From contig NMRA01000208.1 of NCBI GenBank assembly GCA_002633005.1, positions 62,001-126,000 of the forward strand: a stretch of DNA of 64,000 bases. Direction: 5' to 3'. A model generated the notes under the pieces. It did no database searches. It had not been told where the DNA came from and saw nothing but the letters and a program-made list of their open reading frames with translations. Below, one piece after another: positions 1 to 13,100 of this stretch. Position 1 is the first letter of the stretch. Each line of letters starts with the position of its first letter. The DNA is from Phoronis australis (Eukaryota; Animalia; Phoronida). The position numbers were made by a program, and so were the translations under genes.

Positions 1-349
1 TAATTAATCAAAGTCGTTATCGCATTCTCCTTCCAACATGAAGTCATGACGTCATCATAAAGAGTGGATAAATTTTAAATCAACATTTTATGTGACTCTT
101 TAAAAAATGATACGTATACTGAACTAATTCGCACTGTCGTGATATTTTGTATGTAAATTGTTAATTCTTTGAATTTTAAAAACGTTTTCCACATCACGCT
201 TTCCCGATTCGTGTTTTCACACTTGAACTGTGTTCAGTATTGAGGTTGTGCAACAATCAAACGTATGTTGTAGATAAAGTCCCCAACACTCTCATGTAAG
301 CCATTCATGTGTCAACATACGATATCTAGTAAGTGCGTACCGACGTTAC

Positions 350-409
350 CTGTTTTCACCGTCAGGTTCTTATGAGCACCAAGCGATCCAACTGTCGTGA
401 TTACGTTGT
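350..409 (-). CDS. VFT receptor probable coding exon 7; gene continues beyond the window start
   Basis: Acceptor tattacag|AC, phase 1, gives DNVITTVGSLGAHKNLTVKT, matching the 'VG' strand at the end of VFT domains. Donor G|GTAACG at 350/349; an alternative phase-1 donor lies 9 nt further on. Confidence 0.65.
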
Positions 410-1034
410 CTGTAATAGACAGAGAAACTATTGTCATGCGCCTATGTGGATGGAATGACTAAAGCACTGGAACACGTCAGGGAACGTAAATTTTTAACGA
501 TTCGTCTCGTCGGTGTTGATGGTAATGGATGGCGTTGATGTCGTTTTGCCTAACTTCTTGGAATATTGGGCTTCAGTTACAAGCATCTTCCTCTCTACTA
601 TCTTCACTAGTAAATCTTTCCGATTATCAAGATTTTGGGGCTTTTCTCCATTCGCTGAAGTTTTATCGAAAGTTTCACAAGTGTTCAATCTCTATTGAAA
701 ACGGTTGATTACCGATATATTTTTGAGTGAACTCGACATATTGTTTGGTAGTTCTTGGTGAACAGACTCGTGGGCGAGACGGCCTCGCCTCTTGTTGATT
801 TCAAATCAGTGATATTCACCTGGTTGTAATAATGAAAGAAGGTCATTCTTTTTGATTTCTGAATAAATTGAGAACAGGAAGTTGTTCACCCGCATGGGTT
901 ATTTTGCTATAAAGAATTGTTTTAGTTAATCATTGTCGTTGAGAAGTAACGAGCAGCTTACTCAAGATGGCGACCAATTATTTTTCTACCAACTCGATAG
1001 ATGGCGGCAGCAGAAAGTAAAATAAAGGACACAA

Positions 1035-1187
1035 CTGGGTAGAGTTCAGTAACGCGAGGACCTACGGTAGGTCCTCGCTAAAATGTTGCCAAAATTACTT
1101 GTTCTCATTTAGAATATATGACAACATCTCACGTATCTCGCAAAGCCTTGCTTTTTAACGAGGTTCTAACGTTACTGAACTTTATCC
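1035..1187. mobile_element. MITE family A, copy 1 (TIR GGTAGAGTTCAGTAACG)
   Basis: Terminal inverted repeats ctgggtagagttcagtaacg ... cgttactgaactttatcc. Related copies at about 9977, 15921 and 52631. Confidence 0.75.
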
Positions 1188-1477
1188 TCGATTCCACATG
1201 ACAACCTGAATACGTACATTTATTCTGGTGAGACTGTTGTTTCGATGACGTCTTATGTTGAATTCCTTTTGGTCTTAAATTAAATTGCTCATGCTTTAAT
1301 AAAAACAACTACGGTTTTAAATCGACTTCACATGTTTCGGTGTTATTTATTCAAACACCATCATCATGCTTTACGATAAAACTACGTTTCGCAGCATATG
1401 ACCAAAAATGTCCACCAATCAGATATGGCCGTTTTTCATTATTTGGTGCAAATTGAAGGTGCACAAACTCCACCTAC

Positions 1478-1541
1478 CCTTTATACGCAGAACAGATACA
1501 TTGCTTTCCCTGAAACCTTTTGGCGTGAATTGCACTTTTCC
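1478..1541 (-). CDS. VFT receptor coding exon 6
   Basis: Acceptor tgttttcag|GGA, donor G|GTAGGT (phase 1). Completes the canonical F-x-G-I-S-G-x-V-x-F-x-x-x-G-x-R motif (FDGIS/GKVQFTPKGFR). Confidence 0.85.
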
Positions 1542-1872
1542 CTGAAAACAAAATGTCAATTTTCCTGAAATTGTCTGGTGACATTTCAAAAACAACTGTG
1601 CTAAAAACATGCAGATTTAAAATGACAAGTAATGACCAAATTTAACAGTTTATTGGTGTCCAAGAGACATTCACGATTCAAATGAGAATCGTATTCCGCT
1701 TATTCAGATAGTCGTTAACAAAAAAATCCAGTTTAAAATTCTACTTCATTTAGGAATACACTAAAGAGCTTGCAAAAAGAATTTGAACTCGAAGGGCGCT
1801 TTTTTAAACCGTCACCTTCTTGAACAAACTGTAGGTGTTATAGTGAAAGCAGACAACATGCAAGATACACAC

Positions 1873-2064
1873 CGAAATTCCATCAAATGGTGACTGTTTT
1901 GAAGAACTGAAAGTTTGTTGAAGATTTTGGGGCGACCAGTCGTCAACTGCTGATACTAAGTCAAGAGCGAGCTTTGTTGCGTCGAAAGCATACGAAGCCT
2001 GTACGATTCTGTCCTGGGACAGTTTTGCGCTAGAGTCCAACTGTTTAGATAATCGTTGTAGTCC
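1873..2064 (-). CDS. VFT receptor coding exon 5
   Basis: Acceptor cttttttctag|GGA, donor TCG|GTGTGT, 192 nt, phase 0-0. Contains ASYAFDATKLAL (YAYDA-type motif) and ends FDGIS. Confidence 0.85.
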
Positions 2065-2607
2065 CTAGAAAAAAGAATTGCTGTAAACGTGGTTGTTTCA
2101 AGAAAGGCATTTATTGCACGATTTCCTGAAAAAGTTGTTTCGAGAGTAGAAGAGGAAATTAACTGTTCAATCAGGAAGTAGTCACTTGGAAACTAAATAA
2201 GAGGTTTCAGGAAGCAATTATTACAGTTGACTCTGTTCTTTTTTTTGGAACATCGAGCCTGTGTTGCGGTATTCTTTTTAGTTGCTCACATTTTCAAAAA
2301 CAAAATCGCACGAGACGAATAAACTAATGTGGGATTCTTTTCTACTCGTTTCTTGGGAAATCGTTGCGTTTCAAAATCCTGCTTACCTTACTTACGTTCA
2401 GCTTTTCAAAAATTCACGAGACCTTGAATAAAATTTATGGGGACGGACTTTTTGTTCGGAGAATGAGGGTCTCAAAATGACGTGAGATGCAGAGCAGAAC
2501 CAATTGTGTTTTTTATCAAAAAGTTGCATGTTCCTATTTTGTGTCTCTCAGCCTTACAATGTTCATCAGTTGCATAGCATTCTGGGTAAATTTGATAATC
2601 AACGTAC

Positions 2608-2910
2608 GGTTGAAAACCATTGCGTCTCTTCAAGTGAGAAGAAATATACAGTGTTGTTGAGCTCGCAATTTTTCACTTCTTCCGCCCACGCAGTGTCTTC
2701 TGTTAACGCAACCAAAACCTGTCTGCCTTCCTGCAGTCCTAGAGCGTTGCTGCACAGCAGAGAGCCCAGTATCTGACCAGTAAGACATGTGACAACAATC
2801 CGTGTCTCTGAATGCGTCATGACACCTAATGAAGTTGTGGAGGCGATGTTAACATCATAGGCCACGTTGACTCCGGAAGATGAGAATTCATGAGAAAGCG
2901 CCCGAGAGTA
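2608..2910 (-). CDS. VFT receptor coding exon 4
   Basis: Acceptor taatttttag|TAC, donor ACC|GTACGT, 303 nt, phase 0-0. Encodes YSRALSHEFSSSGVNVAY...ETRIVVTCLTGQILGSLLCS...QWFST (RIVV and LLC features as in GABA-B). Confidence 0.8.
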
Positions 2911-3616
2911 CTAAAAATTAATGTAAAACGTTTAAATGAAGTTTGTTGTTACACTATGTCTCAAGAGATGGCGTGCACGTTGAAAGAGTACAATAGAATA
3001 ATACTTTAGATCGATATTGATACATAAACAAAAACATTAAACTTGAGATATATTACAACAGTGTTTCGATTTGAGTAGAGTCAACCTTGTGATATTGGTC
3101 CCTTATTTATAGAGAAGGGTGCAAAATGTAAAGTGCACGTGCCCGGGGGAGCTCAAAATTGACGAAACATATCTCAATGCCCATCTGTTAAAGTTGGATT
3201 TCGTCGCGCTTCAGCAGCCAGTGTTACAGTGTTGTGAACATGACCACGCTCATCCAATCTTGAATTGTTGCCGTATGAGCCGCAACTCAAATCACAAGCA
3301 ATACGTATTGTGCTATTATTGAATTCATAAACGCATTCAAAAGCGTTTTTTTTGAAACTCTGGTAATTTCGATAGTCATCGCGGTAAAGAAAGATATGTG
3401 GAGCAAGTTTAACATAAAAGTGGAACCTAATTTCTACTCTTGTGGTGATCCTGAGTATACGATTTTGTTGATTAAATTTGAACACTGAATCGACCCGGAG
3501 ATTATTACGAATTTGATCGGTTGAGCTCATCTTGCCGGATAATGCGCGCAGTTTGGGAGTCACGTGACACTGAAACACTAAATGTTAAATATGAGACAGG
3601 TCTTGCCACTAGCTAC

Positions 3617-3778
3617 CTGGTAATACGGATCTGTTGAATTCGATAACAGGATGACGTTCTCCCATGAGTTGATTCGCAGAAATGACGAGATTGCTTGAAC
3701 AAGGTTACTTATAGATGGGGCCAAGTTTATGAACATTTGCCCATTACTGATGCATTCTGCCGCCTTTTCAAAGGTGAC
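3617..3778 (-). CDS. VFT receptor coding exon 3 (absent from the ORF track)
   Basis: Acceptor cgttttag|GTC, donor CAG|GTAGCT, 162 nt, phase 0-0. Encodes VTFEKAAECISNGQMFINLAPSISNLVQAISSFLRINSWENVILLSNSTDPYYQ, matching the F-x-x-x-P...L-x-x-x-x-W-x-x-V-x-x-x...D-x-Y pattern of ANF-receptor domains. Confidence 0.85.
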
Positions 3779-3905
3779 CTAAAACGAAAGAAGCTAAATA
3801 TTAATAATAAGCAATGTATCTCATATTCACACATTCACTTGAACGTAATTTGACCCGGATATCAAAGATTTTGTTTAGTTCTGCGACGGTCACAACAAAA
3901 TGGAG

Positions 3906-3965
3906 TTGTGTGACTATGGCAGACGAACACGTCTTGTGTGACTAGTGCAGACGAACACGTCTTGT
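3906..3965. repeat. 28-bp tandem duplication
   Basis: ttgtgtgacta(tg/gt)gcagacgaacacgtc x2, in intron 2 of the receptor. Confidence 0.85.
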
Positions 3966-4184
3966 TTTTCATGATTATATTGTAGTCAGAGTGGCGCTCA
4001 ATGTTGTGATTTTAGGCTTATTAAAACGCTCCATTCTCATGTTAACTTACCCAGAGGTCGGCCATTTAAGATTTTAAACCGCCGATGTATGGTTTAATGT
4101 ATTTTTGATTAACTTTTATTGGCTGTAAAATCAGCAAAGATACGCTTACGCAACCGAGTTTAACCTGAGACTGACGTCATTTAC

Positions 4185-4331
4185 CTGAAGAATTCCCATA
4201 GCTGCAAATATGGACGAAGACTTTTGTTTCACGGATATGACGTCATCGCACCCTCCTCCAATGATTACCAATTTAGTGCCTATCTCCAGGAATTTCTGTA
4301 GGACAACCTGTGTTTCTGCCTGACTGTTACA
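4185..4331 (-). CDS. VFT receptor coding exon 2
   Basis: Acceptor ttttgttacag|TGT, donor CAG|GTAAAT, 147 nt, phase 0-0. Encodes CNSQAETQVVLQKFLEIGTKLVIIGGGCDDVISVKQKSSSIFAAMGILQ (IIGGGC motif). Follows a ~14.4-kb intron. Confidence 0.85.
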
Positions 4332-6352
4332 CTGTAACAAAACGAGAGCAACGATGATTCAGTTATTTAAGGGAAACACGAAGTTTTCAGTCTGTCAAAA
4401 TGTTTTTGTCTCCCAGTTCTTACATTTTAGTTAACACTTAGGCAAATAATGTCGCCATATTTAGATTTCCATATGTACTGTTGTTACAAACCGACGTGGA
4501 TCTGACTGAGTAGACATAGGAGGGAAAACGTCGGCGTTTATTGAAGAGCGCGAGTAGTATATGATAACAACTGAATGTGAGACTCAAAGTAATGGAATGC
4601 ATAGAGACTACAAGAATCAAATTGGATGAATATGTAACGCCGTAGTACAGTTCTAAACAATTCTGAGAACAAGACGTATTGCTAAACACGTTGTCCACGA
4701 AAATAAACTGAACAACTTAAAAGTTAGGTATTACAATGACTAAGCCATTTAAATTTACAAACACAACAAACACAGTCTGCGGCATCCTCTCCGCGCGCAT
4801 AAAGTTAAGAAACTGAGAAAAACGTGTAATGAATAGATGGCGTTGCTACACAGGCTGCCGGCGGGTGAAGTAGCAAATACAAATAAATGCATTGGAAAGA
4901 ACATGATGAGTGTACACGGGAACAGTGTATAAAAGGCCTGTGCTACATATATGTGAAAAGCGAAATTATGTATGCGACTTTGTCACTTGTCCAACGTCAC
5001 GAACATTGGGAGCTACAGAGTGACTAATATACTAACATATGCAAACGCTAGGAACAACAAACACTATCAGCGACAAGTACAACACCATCAATGTTATTAA
5101 TTCCAATTATCTCCGTCAGGATGTGTACACGCAGGTTACATTTAAAATGGTCATGTATCAAGACCAGAGCATGCGATACGGTTTTCATCGTCTTCAATAT
5201 CACTAAGAGTCGTGTCGTGTGTGTTAGCCTTGATCATTTTACAGTTGACAGGTGTGCCTTTCTTTAAATTTTCACTTTTTTGTAATGCTGAGAATGGATG
5301 AATTGTTTTAACAGCATATTAAAATATGCTGTTACAGACTTCGTTGAGCGTCAAGTGGGGGTAGAAATAACAAGCAACACACAGGAATTTGCCCCCAAGT
5401 CCTGAACTACTTATATATCGGAGTAAATACGCACATTCGCAAAATAAATGTAGAATTATATCTCGGGGCGTTGATCCTATTTATAATAAACGCCTTCAAC
5501 ATTTATAAGGGTATTTCCTACGCAGGGTTCAAGTCAAAGTTTTCCTTAATCCTTCTATGCAAATAATTAAACAAACATGCTGTGGTTAAACCACTCATTC
5601 TGACACTTTATTGTTATATTGAGTGTCACTAATACTTTTTTGATTATTTACTTAAGAATCATTTTAAACGATGTAATGCCTACAAGGTCTAGAGTTGCAC
5701 GAAAGCACACAGTAGGTAACATCTTCTTTATGTGGTTCAGCGCCCATGTTCTCATGACAAGTCAAATTGGTATTGCCTTGCTATACTTTATTACCAAAGC
5801 TCAGTAAAATGTAACAAACGTTAGATATACATACGTAGTGTAAAGTGTTCTCCATATTGCCGAGTAATAACGAATTGCACTTACTCAAGTACTGCATGTC
5901 GAAACAGGATTATATAATGTGTCTGAGTTACAACGGAAAATATATGGGCCAGGCACGAGTGAAAAACAAAAGAATCTGTGATTAATAGAAAATGAGAGCT
6001 TGTTAACTTTCACGCTGTCGTCTTATCCTCCAGACTTTCGCAATTGTTATCACAGTGAAATAATGACGATATCCTGTAATGGTGTCCTGTTGTTCTACGT
6101 GACTCCTCGCTTCGTTTTGCGCAATAGACATCGGTCACTGACGTTTTAGTAAACGGCATAGTATTTATGTAGGAAGGCCGTGGCAAATAATTGATGAACA
6201 AGTGTGATGGTCAATCACTACAATCATTTGTTTGAATGCATGAATAATGCAAAACAGGTGCCTCAGTTGTCACTGAAACATCATCTACCTGATATTATAC
6301 AGCCTTAGGCAAACGTGTCCCTTCATCATAAGAACGTACCAATACCTGATCG

Positions 6353-6602
6353 CAGTAGCGTGCAGAAGAGAGGGGAGGGGGGCGACGGGGCAACGACAAC
6401 GACCCCGGGCATCCACATCGGACGGCATCCGATCACTATGAATTTTGAAATTGTGGCTAATTTGTAGTTAAACTGAATAAAGTTTCTTGTTCAAGTTTCA
6501 TCATTTTTAGTTTTGTTAGTACTAGGGTCCATGCATTTGAGTAGAGTGATGCATCAAGTGAAACAGGGCCCCTCGGCACCACCAAACCTCTGCATGCTAC
6601 TG
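6353..6602. mobile_element. hAT-like non-autonomous element (~250 bp)
   Basis: TIRs CAGTAGCGTGCAGA ... TCTGCATGCTACTG, flanked by an imperfect 8-bp target duplication (cctgatcg / actgttcg). Confidence 0.7.
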
Positions 6603-7759
6603 ACTGTTCGTTTAGGTTTATTTTAGGTCGTTTCAAACTGATAAACATTACTTGGTAGTATGTCGAAGATTAAACATTAATCTATCAAGGTTGAGTGTAA
6701 CCGTTACTTTTTTGAAGTTAATACTGGCTTAATCGAGAATTGAACAAATATTGCGTGTTTATTTATCGCCACTCTTCAACTGAAGGGCTCGTGTTTTAGG
6801 AATGAACATGTTTCTAAATTTGTTCACGTTATCACGAGAATTTCTCTGTTATTGATTAAACCTGTTTGGTGCTCTGTTGCCACGCAAATATTTTTAAATT
6901 ACATGGTAAAACTTCCGATATACCAGTGCAATAAAATTAAAGTTTATGTTAAGGTCGTTGTAATTTGCTATTTGTAGCAAAAAAGTATGTTGTTGAAATT
7001 TTCACGAAGTATGTCAAATAACTGACGTTAGTGTGACCATGTTGTTTGTTATAGGTGGTGAGTTCTTGTGTGGTCGACCTTGCGTACCTTGTACCACACG
7101 CTGCTTACTAAGCACGGTATTCAGCGACATAAAACAGTTAACATGATGTTAGATGGAAAGTGATTTCCATCTCCAACTTAAACAGGCCATTACGGTCAGC
7201 AAATAAAGAGAGGCTTCAAAAGGCTGTCAGTTTATTATAATACTGTCCATTTCATGTCAATAGATATACTGTAATTGTCATCATGGCTCATGTCATATTT
7301 CAAGATGTTTGTCCATACGCTAGTTGGTAAGTAAGCATCTATTCCGTAATATTTTCAATCATCTCCTATTGTGCCCTGTGACAAGTTGTTAACCCATTAT
7401 GCACGTTTAAGGTCTACATTTTTGTTCATATAGAGATCTCCCTGTTCAACAATATCTTGCTAGACGATAAGATAGCTTAGTTTGCAGGAGACTTAGTGCT
7501 AATATAGCGGACACGGGGGACAGTGATGTTATGATAAAAACACGTCTTGTCGCTAACACTACTCCCGACATCTATACGTTCATGATACTTGTCCTTTACG
7601 GTAATGTAGGAGCCCACAAAAATGTGGCTTTAAGTTCGAAACAACGTATCTCAGATATGGCTGATCACGTGACACTTTCAGATACTATTGCTGATCACGT
7701 GAAATGCATTCTTCTCCAAAACGCTGTTAGGAATTGTTTTCAAATTGTTCCATTATTGA

Positions 7760-7960
7760 GTAAGAGGCTATAAAAATGAGTTTGTATGGTTTTCACGAAA
7801 AAAAAATCAAAAGTTGCATAATATTAAAACGAAAGAATAATTTAGAAAACGGACACGGCGTTTCTGAGGTTTCATCTTGAACATATCAATTGAATTTTGG
7901 TTTTGTACCTTTTTGTTAAATTTAATAAAAAGACATGATCACGTGACCCAGTCAATGGCA
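7760..7960. repeat. Dispersed repeat, same orientation as the copy at ~40800-41000
   Basis: Shared blocks such as aaagaataattt(a/g)gaaaac and aatttaataaaaagacatg(a/g)tcacgtgaccca. Confidence 0.65.
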
Positions 7961-9976
7961 GATTGGTAAAAAGTCAAAAATCGAACTCTGCAGTATTTCT
8001 GCTTTCTGAAAATATATCATTTTGTGTTACTTCTTTCACTTCGGGTTTACAATACTTTACAGTAGATGTCGATTTATTCGTGAACAAAAACGAGATAGAA
8101 ACATAATAGGGCTAAGAAAGACTGCAAATTTGTGGAATGTTTTTAATACTATAGAAAATCGTTTAAAACATATAAAGTGAGTTGGAGGTTTACACTGGGT
8201 TTCGCCGGCGTGCGAGATTTCACTCAAGACTACAAAACCGCGGACGAAAACGCCTGGTGCCAAAGGTTTTTATCAAGAGCGCGAACTGACGTGTAACATG
8301 TCAAACGCTAAAATTTAAGGCATGATAAACAAATACATTTTGGAACGGAATCTTTGTCATTCATAGCAAGGAATAATCTCTTTTATTCCGTAAATTTTGG
8401 GAAGAACAGCCATTTTGAATGTGTGTACGAATGCTCATTGTCATTCTGCGGTGCGTGAGGAAAGAACTTGTTGAGTATGATTTGTTATTACGATCTTAAT
8501 AGGGGTTGATGAGAAAAGAAATGCATGTACAACTCTTGAGAAAATACTGTTGATGAGAGAAGAACGTTGTTAATGAGAATGGCGTGAGTGTGGCAAGTCA
8601 GCAGCCCTTAGTTACGATCTGTTGTAAATTGTTTTGTGTTCAGTTTTAAGTACACATTTTCTCCTTACTCTCGCGAATAATCATGTTTCTCAGACACACT
8701 AAACGTGTCTCAAACCTGTCCATACGATGACAGAAAATGATTCAGATACACACAGATTTTACAAGGCAATGGAAAGTAAAAATGTTTTGCATTGGCTAAA
8801 ACTGCCGATGATATTCAAGCTAGTTTAGATGATCAAAATCAAGTTTACGTAAATCAGCGATGCATTCCGTAGAGCATGTTTCAAGGTCACGCTAATTCAC
8901 ACGCGGAGAGTCAGTGCTTCGCGAGTACGCTCGAGACTTTACTAGCGCAGAGTAGCAAAAACGTTGCCCTGAAGTGATGTGTTGGAGAAAGGCTAGAATG
9001 TTAAATCAGGGGAGATAATTCACGGTTTCAGTTCCATGAATGAAGATTTTTCATCACACGTGCCTCGTGAGTGTCTCACGTTCACGGAATGCACCCCAAC
9101 ATATATCGAAAATATTATTGTAGTAATTTGGGAGAAAATGTCCTGTTAATTATCACTGTCTCGTTATGTGAAAATGTTTAAACAAAACAAAGGTGCTTAT
9201 AGGTTCACCTGTGATATTTCATGAGTGTACTATTTTCTATAATTTCCTATATAAATAGGATTATCATTGCGTTTGGTTCATTTTGATTTTACGTTGAAAA
9301 ACATTATGTTCAAATTTTTACCAAAGTGTTTTCGTTGTCAAAACGTAATCATCTTGAGCTTTAACCATAAACTCACAAAATGAGAATGCACTCAGAGTTC
9401 TGTTTACCACAGTTACTCTACAATACATCAAGTCAATAAAACCACTAGGCTTTCTTGTCACGTTTTATTCGAAAGTCGCGAAACCTGTAGTTATCCTTGC
9501 CCCCTGCAGCGTCTTTCGACGAATTGTAAATCTCCTGGTGCGTAATTATGAAAATTATGATCGCCCTAAGGAATACCAGAAGCAGCGCATGCGCAGTACT
9601 TTCCAGTTGTTGATGAATTGACAACGCTTATTTTATTACATGAAGTACTTGTATGCCGTGTATCACTGACGTGCTCACAACCAACAGGGCACCAAATTCA
9701 ACTTGTATTCGAAGTATAACTCTTAACTTAGTTCTGGGACGCAAATGTTTCACAGTCCCACCTCAGTGGTACTAAGTTTGTACTTGATGATTCCTATATT
9801 CAAGGCACATCCCCGTTTTCGAAATCGAAATAGTAGTTTAAACTGTGCCATTAAATACAAACATAGATTACATGTATTTAATCATTTGTACACTAGTGAA
9901 CTGAAAACCATCGATCTTGAGCTCATTATGATGGAGGCGGAGAATATCAAAGCTAAAGAGTTTAGAGTTTGAGAGT

Positions 9977-10120
9977 GGAGTAGAGTTCAGTAACGCTAGG
10001 ATCTCGCTAAAGTCCAGTCAAAATCAAGTGCTCCCACTTAAAATACACGAGCAATATCTCACGTAACCTCGTGAAGTCTTGCTTTTTAGCGAGGTTCTAG
10101 CGTTACTGAATTCTACCCAG
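9977..10120. mobile_element. MITE family A, copy 2
   Basis: gtagagttcagtaacgctagg ... cgttactgaattctacccag; internal sequence similar to copy 1. Confidence 0.75.
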
Positions 10121-13100
10121 ACTAATCTCTTTGCTAGTTGATTTCGAGTCTTGCCATACAAAGATTCTCAGGATAATGGTCGGATATAACGCACCCGCAT
10201 TTTGAGAACCAGTTTTCTCCATTGAATAAAGGGCATCAAACTGGTTCTTAGAATATGGTAACATTGTATCCGACTATTGCCGATTCTCAATATTTATTGG
10301 TAACTATTAGATGGACACGTCCTGATACTTACTTGGTTGAAAAGGCGCGTGTTCTGCATGATTTTCCTGATCAAATAAAAATGAAATAACTTTTTGTTAA
10401 GTTATCTCGTTCTAAAATTTTTGAGGTAGAACATTCTGCTTCTTGAAACTAGTGACTTAAAATTCCGACTAAATGTGAATAGATCTCTCACTCGCTGTCT
10501 TATTACATGCAGTAACCTAATGTTGGTGATGTTACGTTACTTATGCTTTCAATGGCTGTTCACAAACATTTAAATTGCTCTAAACACATTTTTCCAATGA
10601 GACTATAAGGAATTAGACGATATCAAATCGTTACTTGCTGGTCATGTTTTAGGTAAATATGAATTATCTTCGACAAAATGATACGTAACTACTACGGGTG
10701 GAATGAGCGTGTATAGGGAGACAGTTCAAATATTGCGTCACGGATGACGTATGTCCCTCCCTCATCCTGCACATACCTGCGGTTGAATTGACATTGTTAA
10801 GTGTAGCTTTAAGGGTTAACTAAGTACTCAGTTATACAGTTCTACATCCCGTGTTGTACACTTTGCTAACTTCTTTGAGATGGAAATCAGAAGTTGACTG
10901 TGGCGATCTCCTTCAACCAAGAACAGTTTTGGAAACGAAAAAGATCAAAACTAATACCTGAAGGCGTTGAAACGACTCTGGTTGAAAGTAAATTATTTGT
11001 GCTTTAGTTTGTAAAAGCATTCATGTTTGAAATCTTGGTGAAACTACAGTTTACATTTAAACTCAAAATGTCGCAGATTTGCCCAAGTTCCAACTTAGTG
11101 AAGCTAAATGAAAGCATGTTATCGAATTTGCTAAAACTCTATCGTTTTTACCATTAGTCTATGGCTGCGCACGGAGCTGAAAGGCGTCATAAACTTAAAA
11201 AATCGCATAATGGACATAACTGCTGTAGTGTGAAGTTCGTAACGTAGATTATTTGTTCTTGTACACAAGAAGAGATCTGTAACGTCAAATTCGGATTTTC
11301 AACGGCTAAGCACGGCAACAGAAACATCAAATGGATATTGATTTTTACATGAACAACAATAACGTCAAGTGCTGTCGAAATAAAATCTTGATCTGTAAAT
11401 GCAAAAGTCATGTACAGTTTTGTAACGCTTCCCTTCAGATTCACTACAGACACACGTTACGTACTGATGCATGATCAAAGGTCCTGCTTCTTAACTCCAA
11501 CTTTGATGATCGACCAAAGCTTACTTGAATCACAATTTTTTCACACCAAACAAACGTGAATGATGTTAGTTGTGTGGGTAACTTTCAGTTATGGTTATGG
11601 AAAGACTTGGTAGTTTGTGTGTACAGACACCTCATAAAATGAGTGATTGTGATATACATTCTTTATATAAGAGCAGCTTCTCAAAGCAAGATTTTTTTTC
11701 TTATTTATTATACTGTTTCCTTTAGCGAGAGTGATAGCTAGGACATGTGTTTGACACCTGTACCTCGTGGCAATATTTAGTGTATGTAGCAATGTCAAAC
11801 ATGGCACCTGAACATTGAGCAGAATTAATCGTGTACGCACCCGGTGCACCATTGAGATATGCGGCTCAGTCACGCTTCACTTTTTACAGACCGACATTTT
11901 AGAGCACATGCGTCGGAAGGTTTGCTTTAGTGAAGGGTGAGCGCAACCACCCGCGTCACCCGTCCACTCTAGTTTCGCCTCAGCCCCACCCGATTTTGTC
12001 CTCGCCATTTTCCCCCGCCATAGGGGTGCCAGCCATTAGAAACTTGAGTATCCATGCAGCATGCTTCGACAAAATTTCGCGAGAAAAGGCCACTTTTTAG
12101 ACCGAAGCACTTTCAACGCTTACGCATTTGGGATATAAGTTTTTGCCTTTCGAGGGGTGTCTTCTGGAATTAATAGGGTGCCAAAAAGATGCCCTGCCAA
12201 GGTGAATATGAGGCCTAAGGTCAAGATTCACTTCATTTGGGACTGGTTTGGGGAAAATTAATTTTATTAAGGTCATGCACTGAAGGGTAGGGATTGTCTC
12301 AATTCTCAAAATATCTTGTGGCAAATAGGTATCCCAGTTAATAGTGACTGCCCACAGGGGGGAGGGCAAATGGCATTTATCTGCCCAAATTTCATCAGAA
12401 AAAAGAGCAACAGATGACTCAATATTTCCTTGACAGAGGAAGGCCTCCGGAGAAAGGCTGCTTTTCATTCCTTAACTCGCAACAGATAAATTGCCTCTAT
12501 TTTTGCACGTTCATACACCTTTCAATGTGTCTTTCTTTTCTCGGCAGCCCATGCTACGCTTATGCCTGTCAACACAAAGGTTTACCCATACGCTTGCAAA
12601 TAATTGGGTGTTAGGTACCCTTTTGGTAACTTCTGCTTCCTACGTCCTTGCGTAGTGTAGTGGGAGTAGCTCGCCCTAACATCACGAGTGGACGCCTCCC
12701 CACAATTCCTACGCCTATGTAACGTAAGAAACAGGGGACCTCTGAGGTATTAGTATGTTGGTTTTCGTAAGTATTCATTGACGTAAGTTTTGTTCACACA
12801 CGGAAAATGTTTGATAACGGCGCTGGTTGGAGTGCTGCCTTCATTATTTTTGTGTGTTTGCGCATCACAAAGTGAATGTTTAAAATCTGACTCATAATTT
12901 TAACTTTTCATTCGAAAGACTGTGCGTTTCACTTTCAAATCGTAGCGTTAGACTAAATGTCCATTGCGGGCCATTTTTTAACTACCAACGAGTGCAGAAA
13001 CGCTGTAATATGGGCAACATTTTTTCTAAGTATGGACTTTAACAAACAGTAGTTGATTGATAATCACTCTGTCATCTAATCAGAACATTTTGAAGGTCTG

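Noticed and set aside
494-688. 64-aa minus-strand ORF as a receptor exon
   Set aside because: Its phase does not match the preceding phase-1 donor, it runs into a stop and it has no VFT-like sequence; the 350-409 exon fits better.
12097-12468. 123-aa minus-strand ORF inside the 14-kb receptor intron
   Set aside because: No domain-like features; exons 1 and 2 already join in frame to give DTKC; the sequence looks like non-coding repeat.
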